A stretch of DNA of 64,000 nt from Alphaproteobacteria bacterium. GTDB lineage: Bacteria > Pseudomonadota > Alphaproteobacteria > GCA-2731375. A model generated the notes under the pieces. The model had not been told where the DNA came from and ran no database searches. It saw only the letters and a list, made by a program, of their open reading frames with translations. Position numbers and translations under genes: made by a program. Shown one piece after another: positions 29,001-39,141 of this stretch. Location of the stretch: positions 1,741,690 through 1,805,689 of the forward strand of contig CBDDDJ010000005.1 in assembly GCA_965226475.1 (NCBI GenBank). Direction: 5' to 3'. Position 1 is the first letter of the stretch. Each line of letters opens with the position of its first letter.

Positions 29001-30680
29001 CTACCCACTCCGCCGGGCCTCGGCCATCTCGCGGATCTGGGTCAGCGTCGCCCGCGTGGTGATCGCTTCCGCCTCGGTCCTGAGTTCCAGCACCGCGAGC
29101 GTGTCGGCCGCCAGCGCGCGCGCCAGCGCCGGGGCGAAGTCCTCGTTCCGCTCCACCACCTCGCCGAAGGCGCGGGCATAGACGGCGAAATCAGGATTTG
29201 TCAGGTCGGTGCCGGGATTGCGGCCGGGATACTCGCGCTCCTGATGCATGCGGATGGTGCCGTACATGTTGTTGTTGACCACGAGCAGCAGCGCCTTGAT
29301 GCCATGGTGCATCGCGGTCGCGATCTCGGCCGCGCTCATCAGAAAGCCGCCGTCGCCGACGAAGCCGACGACCTGGCGCCCAGGCACCGCCGCCGCCGCC
29401 CCGATGGTCGCGGCGAAGCCGTAGCCCATGGCGCCGCTGGTCGGGCCGACCTGGCTCGGGTACTCGGAGAAACGGAGATAGCGATGCGCCCAGCCGGCGA
29501 AGTTGCCGGCATCGTTGGCGATCACCGTGTCGGCGGGCAATTTCTCGCGCAGCACCTCGATCACATGCGCCATGTCCAAATCGCCGAGCGAAGGCTCGAT
29601 CACCTGCCAGGCGAGGTAGTCCTGGCGGGCCGCTTCCGTGGCGGCGGCCCAGGGGGGCGGGGCGGCGGGCCGGAGCGCCGACGCGGCCGACGCGAAGGCC
29701 GGCATCGAGGCATTGATCGCCAGTTCCGGGCGGAAGACGCGGCCGAGTTCCTCGGCGCCGGCGTGGACGTGGACGATTTGCTGGGCGGGCGCCGGGATCT
29801 CGATCAGGCTGTAGCCCTGCGAGGTGATCTCTCCCATCCGGGGGCCGACCAACACCAGGAGGTCGGAGTCCTTGATCCGGCTGATGAGCGCCGGGTTGGA
29901 GCCTATCCCGACCTCGCCCGCATAGTTCGGATGGTTGTTGTCGAAGCGGTCCTGGTTGCGGAAGGAGGTGCCGACGGGCAGCTGGAATCCTTCGGCGAAG
30001 CGGGTGATGTCGGCCACCTCCCGAGGCGTCCATGTGCCGCCGCCGAGGATCATGAAGGGCCGCGCGGCCTCCCCCAGCATTTGCTTCAGCCGCGCCATGT
30101 CGTCCGGCCCGGGATGCGGCTCGATTTTACGGTAGGGTTTGGCATCGCCGACACCCGAGGTGTCCGTCAGCATGTCCTCCGGCAGCGACAGCACCGCCGG
30201 GCCCGGCCGGCCGGCGGTGGCGCGGTGGAAGGCCTGGCTCACCAGTTCCGGGATCCGGTCGGCGTCGTCGATCTCCGCCGACCATTTCGAGACCTCGGAA
30301 AAGAAGCGGCGGAAGTCCATCTCCTGAAAGGCCTCGCGCTCGCGCATGTCGCGCCCGACCTGGCCGACGAAGAGCACCAGCGGGGTCGAATCCTGAAAGG
30401 CGGTGTGGAGGCCGATGCTGGCATGACAGGCGCCGGGCCCGCGGGTGACGAAACAGACGCCGGGCTTGCCGGTCATCTTGCCGTAGGCCTCCGCCATGTT
30501 GGCGGCGCCCGCCTCGTGCCGGCAGGTGATCAAGCGAATAGTCGCCTCGTGGTCGGCAAAGGCGTCGAGCGCCGCCAGATAGCTCTCGCCCGGCACGCAG
30601 AAGACCGTGTCGACGTCGTGGACCTCCAGCTGGTCGACCAGAATCCGCCCGCCCGAACGCTGGTTACTCGTACTCGTCAT
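29001..30680 (-). CDS. Thiamine-pyrophosphate-dependent enzyme (acetolactate-synthase-like/benzoylformate-decarboxylase-like)
   Basis: It has N-terminal TPP-Pyr, central and C-terminal TPP-binding domains (GDGGFLMSAAEIATA...NN). The start is MTSTSNQ, and the upstream part of ORF 29001..31022 is not coding-like. Confidence 0.75.
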   Translation of the reverse strand: MTSTSNQRSGGRILVDQLEVHDVDTVFCVPGESYLAALDAFADHEATIRLITCRHEAGAANMAEAYGKMTGKPGVCFVTRGPGACHASIGLHTAFQDSTPLVLFVGQVGRDMREREAFQEMDFRRFFSEVSKWSAEIDDADRIPELVSQAFHRATAGRPGPAVLSLPEDMLTDTSGVGDAKPYRKIEPHPGPDDMARLKQMLGEAARPFMILGGGTWTPREVADITRFAEGFQLPVGTSFRNQDRFDNNHPNYAGEVGIGSNPALISRIKDSDLLVLVGPRMGEITSQGYSLIEIPAPAQQIVHVHAGAEELGRVFRPELAINASMPAFASAASALRPAAPPPWAAATEAARQDYLAWQVIEPSLGDLDMAHVIEVLREKLPADTVIANDAGNFAGWAHRYLRFSEYPSQVGPTSGAMGYGFAATIGAAAAVPGRQVVGFVGDGGFLMSAAEIATAMHHGIKALLLVVNNNMYGTIRMHQEREYPGRNPGTDLTNPDFAVYARAFGEVVERNEDFAPALARALAADTLAVLELRTEAEAITTRATLTQIREMAEARRSG

Positions 30681-31342
30681 GCCGCCCCTCCGCCAAGCGT
30701 GATCTCGATCTCCTGGTGCATGGTATAGCGTTGCATCTTCGGCTTGTCCCGGTCGGCGGCGTCGACATAGGTGATCGAGCTTCGCCCCAGATAGTCGGCC
30801 GGTAGGATCGAAACGCGCAGAAATGCGGTCTCCTCCGTCTCCGAGGCCCGCGCGACGACGGGCGTCGGCCCATCCTCGAACCAAGCCTGGCCCGGCGGGA
30901 CGGTCTGGTCGTGATCGCCCGCCTCGACCCGAAGCCCGCCCCGCATCAGCCAGCGGATGCCGGGGCCGGCATGGACATGCTTGTAAGCGATGCCACCCAG
31001 GGGAAAATCGACCTGGTCGCAACGCATGAGCCAGTTGGCCGACGGGTCGAGATCGAATTCGGCGGACAGCAGCGGCCGGCTGTCGGCACCCTCGGCGTCC
31101 AGTTCACCCGCCCCGGCGTCCGCCGCCAGCAGTTCGAACCGCAGCAGGTGCACGCCACCGGGCCCGGACGTCAGCACCGGCGCACCCGCCACATGGCGTA
31201 CCGGCCCTGGCCAGCAGGCGAACGGGCCCGCCTCCAGGGTTCCCTCGATGACATGGAGCATCCGGTGGCCGGCCGCAAGCGGTCCCACAACCGCGCGGGG
31301 CGCCAGCCGGTCCTCGAACAGGCGCAGAATATGAGTGGTCAT
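30677..31342 (-). CDS. Cupin-like protein co-transcribed with the TPP enzyme
   Basis: A 221-aa protein with predicted beta-rich cupin-like segments (HRMLHVIEGTLE; YKHVHAGPGIRWLMRGGLRVEAGD). It overlaps the downstream gene by 4 bp. Confidence 0.45.
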   Translation of the reverse strand: MTTHILRLFEDRLAPRAVVGPLAAGHRMLHVIEGTLEAGPFACWPGPVRHVAGAPVLTSGPGGVHLLRFELLAADAGAGELDAEGADSRPLLSAEFDLDPSANWLMRCDQVDFPLGGIAYKHVHAGPGIRWLMRGGLRVEAGDHDQTVPPGQAWFEDGPTPVVARASETEETAFLRVSILPADYLGRSSITYVDAADRDKPKMQRYTMHQEIEITLGGGAA

Positions 31343-31481
31343 GGGCGGCCCCCTCCCCCTCGCGTGTCGGCCTGGAGTGCCACCGACGAGGGTTGCGTCA
31401 TTTTCGGGAACCGCAACAATTTCGCAAGCCACGCAAGAGGCCGGGCCGCTATTCTGGGACAGATCTTGGAGGGAGGACGAG

Positions 31482-32462
31482 ATGCGGATTGGAATGTTCA
31501 CGGGCGCGCAATGGAGCGCCTCGGAGACTCCGGGCGAGGTGCTGGCCAATCTGCGCGGCCAGGTGCGCTGCGCGCGCGATAACGGCTTCTCCTCGCTGCT
31601 GATCGGCCAGCACGTGTTGAGCGGCCCGCTCGGCATGTTCCAGACGGTGCCGCTGCTGGGCGCGCTAGCCCAGGACGCGGCCGGCATGCGGATCGGCCCC
31701 GGTGTGCTGCTGCTCTCGATGGTGAACCCGGTGCTGGCGGCGGAAGAGGCGGCGACGCTCGACTGGCTCTCCGACGGCAACTACGTGCTGGCCGCCGGCC
31801 TCGGCTACCGGGCGGAGGAGTTCCAGGCCATGGGCGTCGAGATGCGGAACCGCGTCGGCCGCTTCACCGAGGGGCTGGAGATCGTCAAGCGGCTGTGGAC
31901 CGAGGAGCGGGTCAGCCACGAAGGGCGCTACTTCAGCCTCGATGGCGTCCCCGGCGTGCAACCAAAACAGGACCCGAGGCCGCCCATCTGGCTCGGCGGC
32001 GACGTGGAGCCGGCGGTGCGCCGCGCCGCCCGGCTGGGCGATGCCTGGCTCGCCGCCCCCACTGCCTCCTTCGACGAACTCGTCCACCTCTTCGCCGTCT
32101 ACCGCGAGGCGCGCGCCGAGGCCGGCCTGCGCCCGGACGTCGAATGCCCGGTGATCCGCGAATGCTTCCTCGGCCGCGACGCGGCCCACGCGCGCGAGGC
32201 CTCCCGCGCCTCGCTGCTGCACAAATACGCCGCCTATGCCTCCTGGGGCCAGGGACAAGCGGCCGAGGCCGATTTCGGAGCCGCCTTCGACGACTTCACC
32301 CAGCGCCGTTTTCTCATCGGCGATGAAGCGGAAGTCCGCGACCAGCTGCAAGAGTGCGCCGAGATCACCGGCAGCGACCATTTCATCCTGCGCATGCATT
32401 GGCCGGGCCTGGAACAATCCGAGGCGCTGGCGAACATCGAACGGATCGGAAAGTTGATTTGA
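31482..32462 (+). CDS. LLM-class (luciferase-like) flavin-dependent oxidoreductase
   Basis: A 326-aa protein with TIM-barrel LLM motifs (GFSSLLIGQH, LGLGYRAEEF, IWLGG). A GGAGGGAGGA Shine-Dalgarno sequence lies upstream. Confidence 0.7.
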   Translation: MRIGMFTGAQWSASETPGEVLANLRGQVRCARDNGFSSLLIGQHVLSGPLGMFQTVPLLGALAQDAAGMRIGPGVLLLSMVNPVLAAEEAATLDWLSDGNYVLAAGLGYRAEEFQAMGVEMRNRVGRFTEGLEIVKRLWTEERVSHEGRYFSLDGVPGVQPKQDPRPPIWLGGDVEPAVRRAARLGDAWLAAPTASFDELVHLFAVYREARAEAGLRPDVECPVIRECFLGRDAAHAREASRASLLHKYAAYASWGQGQAAEADFGAAFDDFTQRRFLIGDEAEVRDQLQECAEITGSDHFILRMHWPGLEQSEALANIERIGKLI

Positions 32463-32698
32463 GCGGTTGAAAATCAATCGATGACGAGAACCGCCCCAAA
32501 ACCGTCATTGCGAGCGAGCGAAGCGAGCATGGCAATCCAGGCGATCTCGATGCTATCCGAGGACGTCGACAGCCTGCAAACAACGCTGGATCGCCACGGG
32601 GCTTCGCCCCTCGCGATGACGAAGTTGTGTCCGGCGTCAGGGCACGGCGGCGGCGATCGAATGATTTTTAGGCTCTGAGACCACCGGCACACGCACCC

Positions 32699-34588
32699 AT
32701 GCGAGACCTCACTTCACTCCGTTGCGCCCTCGTCGCCACTTTGGCGGCGACGGTGATCGTGATGTCGCCGCTCGCGCGCGCCTCGACGGTAGACGCCGCC
32801 CCGCCCGGTGAACTGATCCGGATCCTGGAGGCCAACGTCGGCCTCTCGGGCGACATCACGAAACGACTGGCGGCCACGCGCCAGCTGGGAATTCTCGGCC
32901 GCAAGGATCCGCGGGCAATCGTCCCGCTGGTCATGGGCAGGCTCGAAAGGCCGAGACGCCAGGATGCGCCCGCCGCCACCCTGCGCGCGGCCCTGATCGG
33001 CCTGCTGGGCGAGATCGGCCCGGGGGCGGAGGCGAGCGTGCCGCTGCTGGCCAAGATAGTGAACGATCCCGGAGAACGCTTCGACGCCGTCACGCTGCAG
33101 GCCGGCCTGGCGCTCCGTCGCATCGGCACGCCGGAGGCGCTCGCCGCCGTCAGGGCGCACGACGCGAGTGTCCAGCAACGTGCCGCCCGAAGCGCGAGTG
33201 CGAACGACGCGGCGCGTTCGGCGGCCGGGGCCGCCTACTTGATCCGCCAGCAACTCCGGCGCCCGGAACCATCGGAGGAGATGATCGCGATCTCGGCCGA
33301 GGGCCTGGGCGCCCTCGGCGCGCGGGCGGCGGGCGAGGTGGCGACCCTGCTCCGCGCCCATCGCGATCCCCGCCTCGGCAAGCCGACGGTTGCAAGGATC
33401 GCCCGGGCGATCCGCGAGGCCGGCGTCGACGATATCGAGGCCGCCCAGCGTCGCGCCGGGGCGGCCGGCCACAACGCCGGGATCCTGGACGAGGTCATCG
33501 CCGAGACGCGCCACGCGGACCCGTTCGTCCGTGGCCTGGCCATGAGCGAGCTCGGCCGCCTGCGCGTCAGCCCGCCGGCGATCGACGCGTTGATCGCCGC
33601 TCTCGGGGAGGGTCGCAATCCGGGCGACGCGGCCCGGGTACTGGGCGATTTCGGTGCCGCCGCGGCCCGCGCGGTGCCCGACATCCGGCCGTATTTCGAC
33701 GACGAGACGGCGGGGGCGAACGCCATCCAGGCCGTCGGCAAGATCGGCGTCCGGGACGCGGCGACGATCGGCGCGTTGCGGCGCATCCTGGCCGATCCGG
33801 CCCACCGTCACCGGGGGCGGGCGGCGAGCGCCATCGGCCAGCTGAGGGCGGTGGAGGCCTTGCCCGAGTTGCGGGCCGCCCTCGCCCCGGGGCGCAAGTA
33901 CGACCGCATCCTGGCGGCGAATGCGCTCGCCCGCCTCGGCGCGGAAGCGGCGCCGGCGGTCGGCAACCTGACGGCAATGCTGGAGGATGGCGACCTGGAC
34001 ATCAGGCGCGCCGCGGTCCAGGCGCTGGCCGGGATCGGGGAGGCCGCCGCGCCGGCCGTTCCCGCCATGACCGCGATGCTCGACAGCGGCGATACCCGCC
34101 TGAAATCGACGGCGCGCCAGGCCTTGGACCAGATCGGTGGCACGGATGCCGACGCCGCGCTGGCCCGCGACGCCGACCGTTTCGCCGAGGCCGACCTCGC
34201 CGAAATTCGCCTGCTGGCGACGACCCGAGGGATCGATGGCATGTCGGACCGCCTGTTCGAACTGCCGGAGGCCCGCGCCCTCTCGCTCGCCCGGCGGCTG
34301 CTCTCCGAGCCAGGCCCGGACGCGGCCTTAATCGGTGCCATGTACCTCGCCTATCGCGGTGAGATCGAACCGGCGATCCCGATTCTGGCGGATGCCTTGG
34401 TTCGCCGAAAGGATGGCGAGCGATGGCTGACCGGCCTCGCCTACTCCACGCAGCATGGCGGCGACGAGACCCAGATTCAGCCGCTGATCGAGGGCCTGCG
34501 TCGGTATTTCGCCGAAAACCGCGACCGCTACACGGCCGAGGAACGGGCGCGCTTCGAAGCCGTCTTCGAGCGGGGCATGCGAAAGTAG
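32699..34588 (+). CDS. Secreted HEAT-repeat (PBS-lyase-like) protein
   Basis: It has a signal peptide followed by many repeats of about 30 aa following the HEAT_2/PBS_lyase pattern (R.RAA.ALG.IG...A.P.L..L). Confidence 0.65.
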   Translation: MRDLTSLRCALVATLAATVIVMSPLARASTVDAAPPGELIRILEANVGLSGDITKRLAATRQLGILGRKDPRAIVPLVMGRLERPRRQDAPAATLRAALIGLLGEIGPGAEASVPLLAKIVNDPGERFDAVTLQAGLALRRIGTPEALAAVRAHDASVQQRAARSASANDAARSAAGAAYLIRQQLRRPEPSEEMIAISAEGLGALGARAAGEVATLLRAHRDPRLGKPTVARIARAIREAGVDDIEAAQRRAGAAGHNAGILDEVIAETRHADPFVRGLAMSELGRLRVSPPAIDALIAALGEGRNPGDAARVLGDFGAAAARAVPDIRPYFDDETAGANAIQAVGKIGVRDAATIGALRRILADPAHRHRGRAASAIGQLRAVEALPELRAALAPGRKYDRILAANALARLGAEAAPAVGNLTAMLEDGDLDIRRAAVQALAGIGEAAAPAVPAMTAMLDSGDTRLKSTARQALDQIGGTDADAALARDADRFAEADLAEIRLLATTRGIDGMSDRLFELPEARALSLARRLLSEPGPDAALIGAMYLAYRGEIEPAIPILADALVRRKDGERWLTGLAYSTQHGGDETQIQPLIEGLRRYFAENRDRYTAEERARFEAVFERGMRK

Positions 34589-34598
34589 CGCCCGCGCC

Positions 34599-35393
34599 TC
34601 AACGCCCTTGGAATGCCGGCTTGCGCTTTTCCATGAAGGCGGTGCGGCCTTCGATGTAGTCGGAACTCGCAAAGCAGGTATCGACGGCGTCCTGCACCGA
34701 GGCCAGGTCGCGCTCGCCCTCGGGCTTGACGTATTCCGTGACCGCCTTCTTCACCGCGCGGATGGTGAGCGGCGCGTTGGCGGCGATGGTGGAGGCATAG
34801 TCCTCGATATAGCTATCCAGCACGTTCGCCGGCACCAGGCGGTTGATCAGGCCCATGGAAAGCGCTTCCTCGCCCGAGAACTGGCGCGCGGTATAGAAGA
34901 TCTCCTTGGCCACGGCCGGGCCGACGATGTCCGAGAGACGGCTGATGCCGTCGAAGGCGTAGCCAAGGCCGAGCTTGGCGGCGGGGATGGCGAAGCGGCT
35001 GCCTTCGGCGGCGATGCGGAGATCGCAGTTGAGCGCCACCGCCAGACCACCGCCGACGCAGTAGCCCCGGATCATGGCGATGGTCGGCTTTTCGATGTCG
35101 GCGAGCGCGGCGCGCGCCGTCTCGCCGGCGGCGTCGTATTCGGCGATCGCCTCCTGGCTGCCGCGTTTCTCGGCAAATTCCGAGATGTCGGCGCCCGAGA
35201 CGAAGGCCTTGCCGCCGGCCCCCGTCACCACCACGACACGGACCTCGTCGTCGGCGGCATAGTCGCCGAGGATTTCCGGCATCGCCTTCCACATGTCGTA
35301 GGAGACGGCGTTCAGCTTGGCCGGGCTGTTGAAGATCATCCAGCCGATCCCGTTCTTCTTCTCGGCGATCATCCTCTCGGTACAGCTGGGCAT
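34599..35393 (-). CDS. Enoyl-CoA hydratase/isomerase (crotonase) family protein
   Basis: It has the motifs VVVTGAGGKAFVSGADI and GYCVGGGLAVALNCDLRIAAE, with the oxyanion-hole signature. Confidence 0.8.
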   Translation of the reverse strand: MPSCTERMIAEKKNGIGWMIFNSPAKLNAVSYDMWKAMPEILGDYAADDEVRVVVVTGAGGKAFVSGADISEFAEKRGSQEAIAEYDAAGETARAALADIEKPTIAMIRGYCVGGGLAVALNCDLRIAAEGSRFAIPAAKLGLGYAFDGISRLSDIVGPAVAKEIFYTARQFSGEEALSMGLINRLVPANVLDSYIEDYASTIAANAPLTIRAVKKAVTEYVKPEGERDLASVQDAVDTCFASSDYIEGRTAFMEKRKPAFQGR

Positions 35394-35889
35394 GGTGCTT
35401 GGTCCTCCTACTCGGGCCCCGGGCGAGGCCAGATCGTTCATCGTTGTCGCGCATGGGGTCGCCAATTTCGGGCTCCAGGTCAAGGGCCTTGGCCCGCCCT
35501 TCGGCCACTCGCGGTCGTCGGGCGCGACAAATCGCCAAACGGCAGTCTCCCATGATTGTAACAGACTTGCGGATCTTCCGAATTCCGAGCCCGACGAACC
35601 AGTCGAGGAGGCCGGTCTTCGCGCCGCGGAGTGAGATGGCGGAACGAAGAGGCCCTACGACACCGTCAGAACGGCGTAGATCACCTGCAACTCCGAACCG
35701 AAATCCGGATTGTTCGGCAGATAGGGATTGGGCTCGGTCACGGCGAAATCGGCAAACACGCCGGCATCCACCAGCGACCGCAGGCTTTCACCGAAGGCGC
35801 GTTCGCCGAACAGGTCGTCCCTCTGGGTAACCAGAACGGTCCCGCCCGGGCGAACCAGGCGCGCGAACTCGCGCAAGACCGCCGCGGGG

Positions 35890-37333
35890 ATGTCCCGGGC
35901 TCTGTTGAAAAGCTGAAGTAGGCGTCGTCCGCCTGGAGCGGCTAGGCTCTGGGTGCTGATTCCATCAAGGAGAACGACGCCATGACCAAGACTACACGCA
36001 ACGACCGTTCCTCGGAACCATCCTGTCGGCTCTTGCCATCGATGCCGGAGGCCTTCGACGATCCGCGCATGAGCGTCGATCGCTTCTGCCTTTTGGCGGG
36101 CCTCGAGTCTTTGAACGAGATGATGTCGGCGGACGCGGAAGCCTTGTGCGGTTCGCGCCACGCCCGCTCGGGCGAGCGCAAGGGCCATCGATGGGGCACG
36201 ACCCGGAGCGAGATCGCCTACCACGGCGGCAAAGTGAAGGTCGAGCGCCCTCGGGTGGGGGACTTCGCGGGTCGGGAGATGAGCCTGCCGAGTTGGGAGC
36301 TGCTGTCGGAACCCGAACTCTTGCAAGCCTGGGCGATGAATCTGATGGTGATCAACGTCTCGACCCGCAAGTATGCCCGCGCGGTGCGCCTGCCGGACGA
36401 TGCGGGCGGCGATCTGCCGGCGGCATCGGGTGACGCAACCTCGAAGTCGGCGGTCTCGCGCCGTTTCGTGGCGTTGACGCGAAGCAAGCTGAAGGCCTGG
36501 CTGGCGAGCCCGCTCGACGATCTCGATCTCGTGGTGCTCCAGATCGACGGGCTCCATGTCGGCGATCACCTGATGGTGGCGGCGATCGGCATCGACACCG
36601 GCGGCGCGAAGCACGTGCTGGGCCTGGCCGAGGGCGCGACGGAGAACGCGGCCACGGTGCAAGCCATGCTCGACAACCTGATCGAGCGCGGTCTCGATCC
36701 CGAACGGCCTCGGCTCTACATCGTCGACGGCGCCAAGGCGCTCTCGAAGGCGATCCGGCGGACCTTCGGGCGGGCGGCGGCCCTCCAGCGCTGCCAGGTG
36801 CACAAGGGGCGCAACATCACGGACCGGCTGGACGAGAGCCTCCATGCCGGCGTCAGGAAGGTCTTGCGGCAGGCCTGGCAGCAGGACGACGCGGCCAAGG
36901 CCGAACGGCTCTTGCGCAACCTCGCCCGCCGTCTGGAGCATGACGCACCCGGCGTCTCGGGCTCGATCCTGGAGGGCCTGGACGAGATCCTGACCGTGAT
37001 CCGGCTCGGCCTCCCGCCGCAACTTCGACGCTCGCTGGCTTGCACCAACGCCATCGAGAACGCGATCGGCACCGTCCGGACGGTGCAGCGGAACGTCAAG
37101 CGCTGGCGCAACGCCGAGATGGCGCTGCGTTGGACCGCCGCCGGCCTCTTGGAGGCGCAAAAGACCTTCCGCCGCCTCAAGGCCCACCGCCAGCTCCCCA
37201 TCCTCGACGCCGCCCTGCGGGAGGCGGTGAGAAAGGCCGGAGCAAAGTCCGTCATTGAAGACATCGAGGTGGCCGCGTAGCCTCTCGATCAGACGATGCC
37301 TATCTCGCACTTTTCAACATTGGGCGGGACATC
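35890..37333 (+). mobile_element. IS256-family insertion sequence (about 1.44 kb)
   Basis: The ends are inverted repeats beginning GATGTCCCGGGCTCTGTTGAAAAG (left) and GATGTCCCGCCCAATGTTGAAAAG (reverse complement of right). It encodes a 432-aa IS256/mutator-type transposase. Confidence 0.75.
35982..37280 (+). CDS. IS256-family (MULE/mutator-like) transposase
   Basis: A 432-aa protein with the IS256 DDE motif region (VLQIDGLHV..., IVDGAKAL, CQVHKGRNI). Confidence 0.85.
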   Translation: MTKTTRNDRSSEPSCRLLPSMPEAFDDPRMSVDRFCLLAGLESLNEMMSADAEALCGSRHARSGERKGHRWGTTRSEIAYHGGKVKVERPRVGDFAGREMSLPSWELLSEPELLQAWAMNLMVINVSTRKYARAVRLPDDAGGDLPAASGDATSKSAVSRRFVALTRSKLKAWLASPLDDLDLVVLQIDGLHVGDHLMVAAIGIDTGGAKHVLGLAEGATENAATVQAMLDNLIERGLDPERPRLYIVDGAKALSKAIRRTFGRAAALQRCQVHKGRNITDRLDESLHAGVRKVLRQAWQQDDAAKAERLLRNLARRLEHDAPGVSGSILEGLDEILTVIRLGLPPQLRRSLACTNAIENAIGTVRTVQRNVKRWRNAEMALRWTAAGLLEAQKTFRRLKAHRQLPILDAALREAVRKAGAKSVIEDIEVAA

Positions 37334-37788
37334 GCCGACCGCCTCGCTCTCGGGGACATGGGTCAATAACCCCCACACAGATCAGGGCATCGTAGCCGCC
37401 GTCGGCGATGTCCAGCGGCAACCTCTGCAAGTCGACCCGTCGCAGGGTGCGATAGACGTCCCGCCCTCGGCCCTGCTCCAACGAGGCGGATGACAGATCG
37501 ATGCCGTCGATGGCCCCGGTGAAACCCACATGTCGCAGCGCGCGCCCGGCCAAGCCCGTGCCGCAACCCGCATCGAGAATGGTTGCCGTCGGAGATATGG
37601 ATTTCCACAACAGTTCGGCGGCCCGCGCCGGGGCGCGATAGTCCCAATCGGCCAGGTCGTCGTCGTAGGTGGGCGCCCAGTCGTTGTAACTCTTCTCGAC
37701 GTCCGCGCTCAACGTGCTGCCCTGTTTCAACCAGCCATGATCGACGGTGTCACTCATGCCATTCCCTCGGTGGTCGCCCGAGGGCGAC

Positions 37789-39027
37789 CTACTCCGCCGC
37801 CGCGCGTGTCGGCGCCTCGCCCAGTTGAATGGCGCCCTGGTTTGAAAGCGTCTCGATTTCCGCCTCGCCGTAGCCGTATTCCCGCAATACTTCGGCCGTG
37901 TGCTGGCCGAAGACGGGGCTCGCCGTAGCAACCTTGCCGGGCGTTGCCTGGAACTTGATCGGATGGCCGATGGTCTTCACGGGGCCGGCGACGGGGTGGT
38001 CGACCTCAACCACCATCTGGCGGGCAAGGGTGTGGGGGTCCTCGTGCATCTGCTTGACGTCTTGGATCGGCCCGGCGGGGATGCCGTTCTCCGCCAGCAG
38101 GTCCAGCCATGCGGCCGAGGACTTGGTCCGGAACACGGTCTCCAGGAGGGGGATCAACTCGCCGACGTTGTCGCGCCGGTCGCCGTTCTCCTGGAAGCGC
38201 GGGTCGCTCCCCAGTTGCTGGAGATCCAGCAGGTCGAGGAGGGCGGTCCAGAGTTTGACGTTGGCGGCGCCGATGACGATGTGACCGTCGGCGGTCTGGA
38301 CCGCCTGGTAGGGCGCGCTCAACGGGTGGCCGGTTCCGAGCGCGCCCGGCGCCACGCCCGTCGCCATGCAGATCGCCGACTGCCAGTAGGTATGGGTGAT
38401 GCCGGCCTCCAGCAGCGAGGTCTCGACCGCCTGGCCCCGGCCGGTCTTCAGCCGGTGGCTGTAGGCGGCGACCACGCCCATCGCCAACAGTAGACCGGCG
38501 GTGATGTCGCACATCGGCGGGCCGGCCTTCACCGGTGGGCGGCCGCCGCCCTCGCCGGTACAGCTCATGATCCCGCTCATCGCCTGGGCGATCAGGTCGA
38601 AGCCGCCCCGGTCCGCATAGGGCCCGGTCTTGCCGAAACCCGAGATCGAGCCGTAGATCAGCCCCGGATTGGCCTCCTTGAGGTCCTCGTAGGCGAGGCC
38701 CAGCTTGGCCATGGTGTCGGCGCGGTAGTTCTCGATCGCCACGTCCGCCGTCTCCAGCATGCGGCGCAGCACGTCGCGCCCGCCCTCGCTCTTCAAATCG
38801 AGGACGATGCCGCGCTTGTTGCGGTTCATCATCATGAAGGCCGCGCTCTCGCCGTGAATCGCGGGCGGCGACATGCGCCGCGTGTCGTCGCCGACGCCGA
38901 TCTTCTCGACCTTGACGACGTCCGCGCCCATGTCCGCGAGAAAAAGGCCGCAGGTCGGCCCCGCCATTTGATGGGTCAGGTCGATCACCTTGACGCCCTG
39001 CAACGGGCCGAAGGATTCACCGGTCAT
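37789..39027 (-). CDS. CoA-transferase family III (CaiB/BaiF) protein
   Basis: A 412-aa protein with the VIDLTHQMAGPTCGLFLADMGADVVKVE N-terminus and the catalytic Asp region. Confidence 0.8.
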   Translation of the reverse strand: MTGESFGPLQGVKVIDLTHQMAGPTCGLFLADMGADVVKVEKIGVGDDTRRMSPPAIHGESAAFMMMNRNKRGIVLDLKSEGGRDVLRRMLETADVAIENYRADTMAKLGLAYEDLKEANPGLIYGSISGFGKTGPYADRGGFDLIAQAMSGIMSCTGEGGGRPPVKAGPPMCDITAGLLLAMGVVAAYSHRLKTGRGQAVETSLLEAGITHTYWQSAICMATGVAPGALGTGHPLSAPYQAVQTADGHIVIGAANVKLWTALLDLLDLQQLGSDPRFQENGDRRDNVGELIPLLETVFRTKSSAAWLDLLAENGIPAGPIQDVKQMHEDPHTLARQMVVEVDHPVAGPVKTIGHPIKFQATPGKVATASPVFGQHTAEVLREYGYGEAEIETLSNQGAIQLGEAPTRAAAE

Positions 39028-39141
39028 GTCGCGTCCTCTCGTGCCTATGTCGTTCGCGGGATCTTATGCCGCGCCGCCGCAGAACGGCAAACGGCCCGGC
39101 CGCTCCCCCGGCCGGGCCGCGTGATTGCGCCTTGTCTGCAC

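Larger units (their letters stand above)
35655..37757 (-). pseudogene. Class I SAM-dependent methyltransferase split by the IS256-family insertion (N-part 37334..37757, C-part 35655..35889) plus a frameshift at a C5/G5 run (37359..37363)
   Basis: The N-part ends ILDAGCGTGLAG...YDALICVG, and the C-part, in the correct frame, reads IPAAVLREFARLVRPGGTVLV. Removing the IS restores one continuous methyltransferase. Confidence 0.65.
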
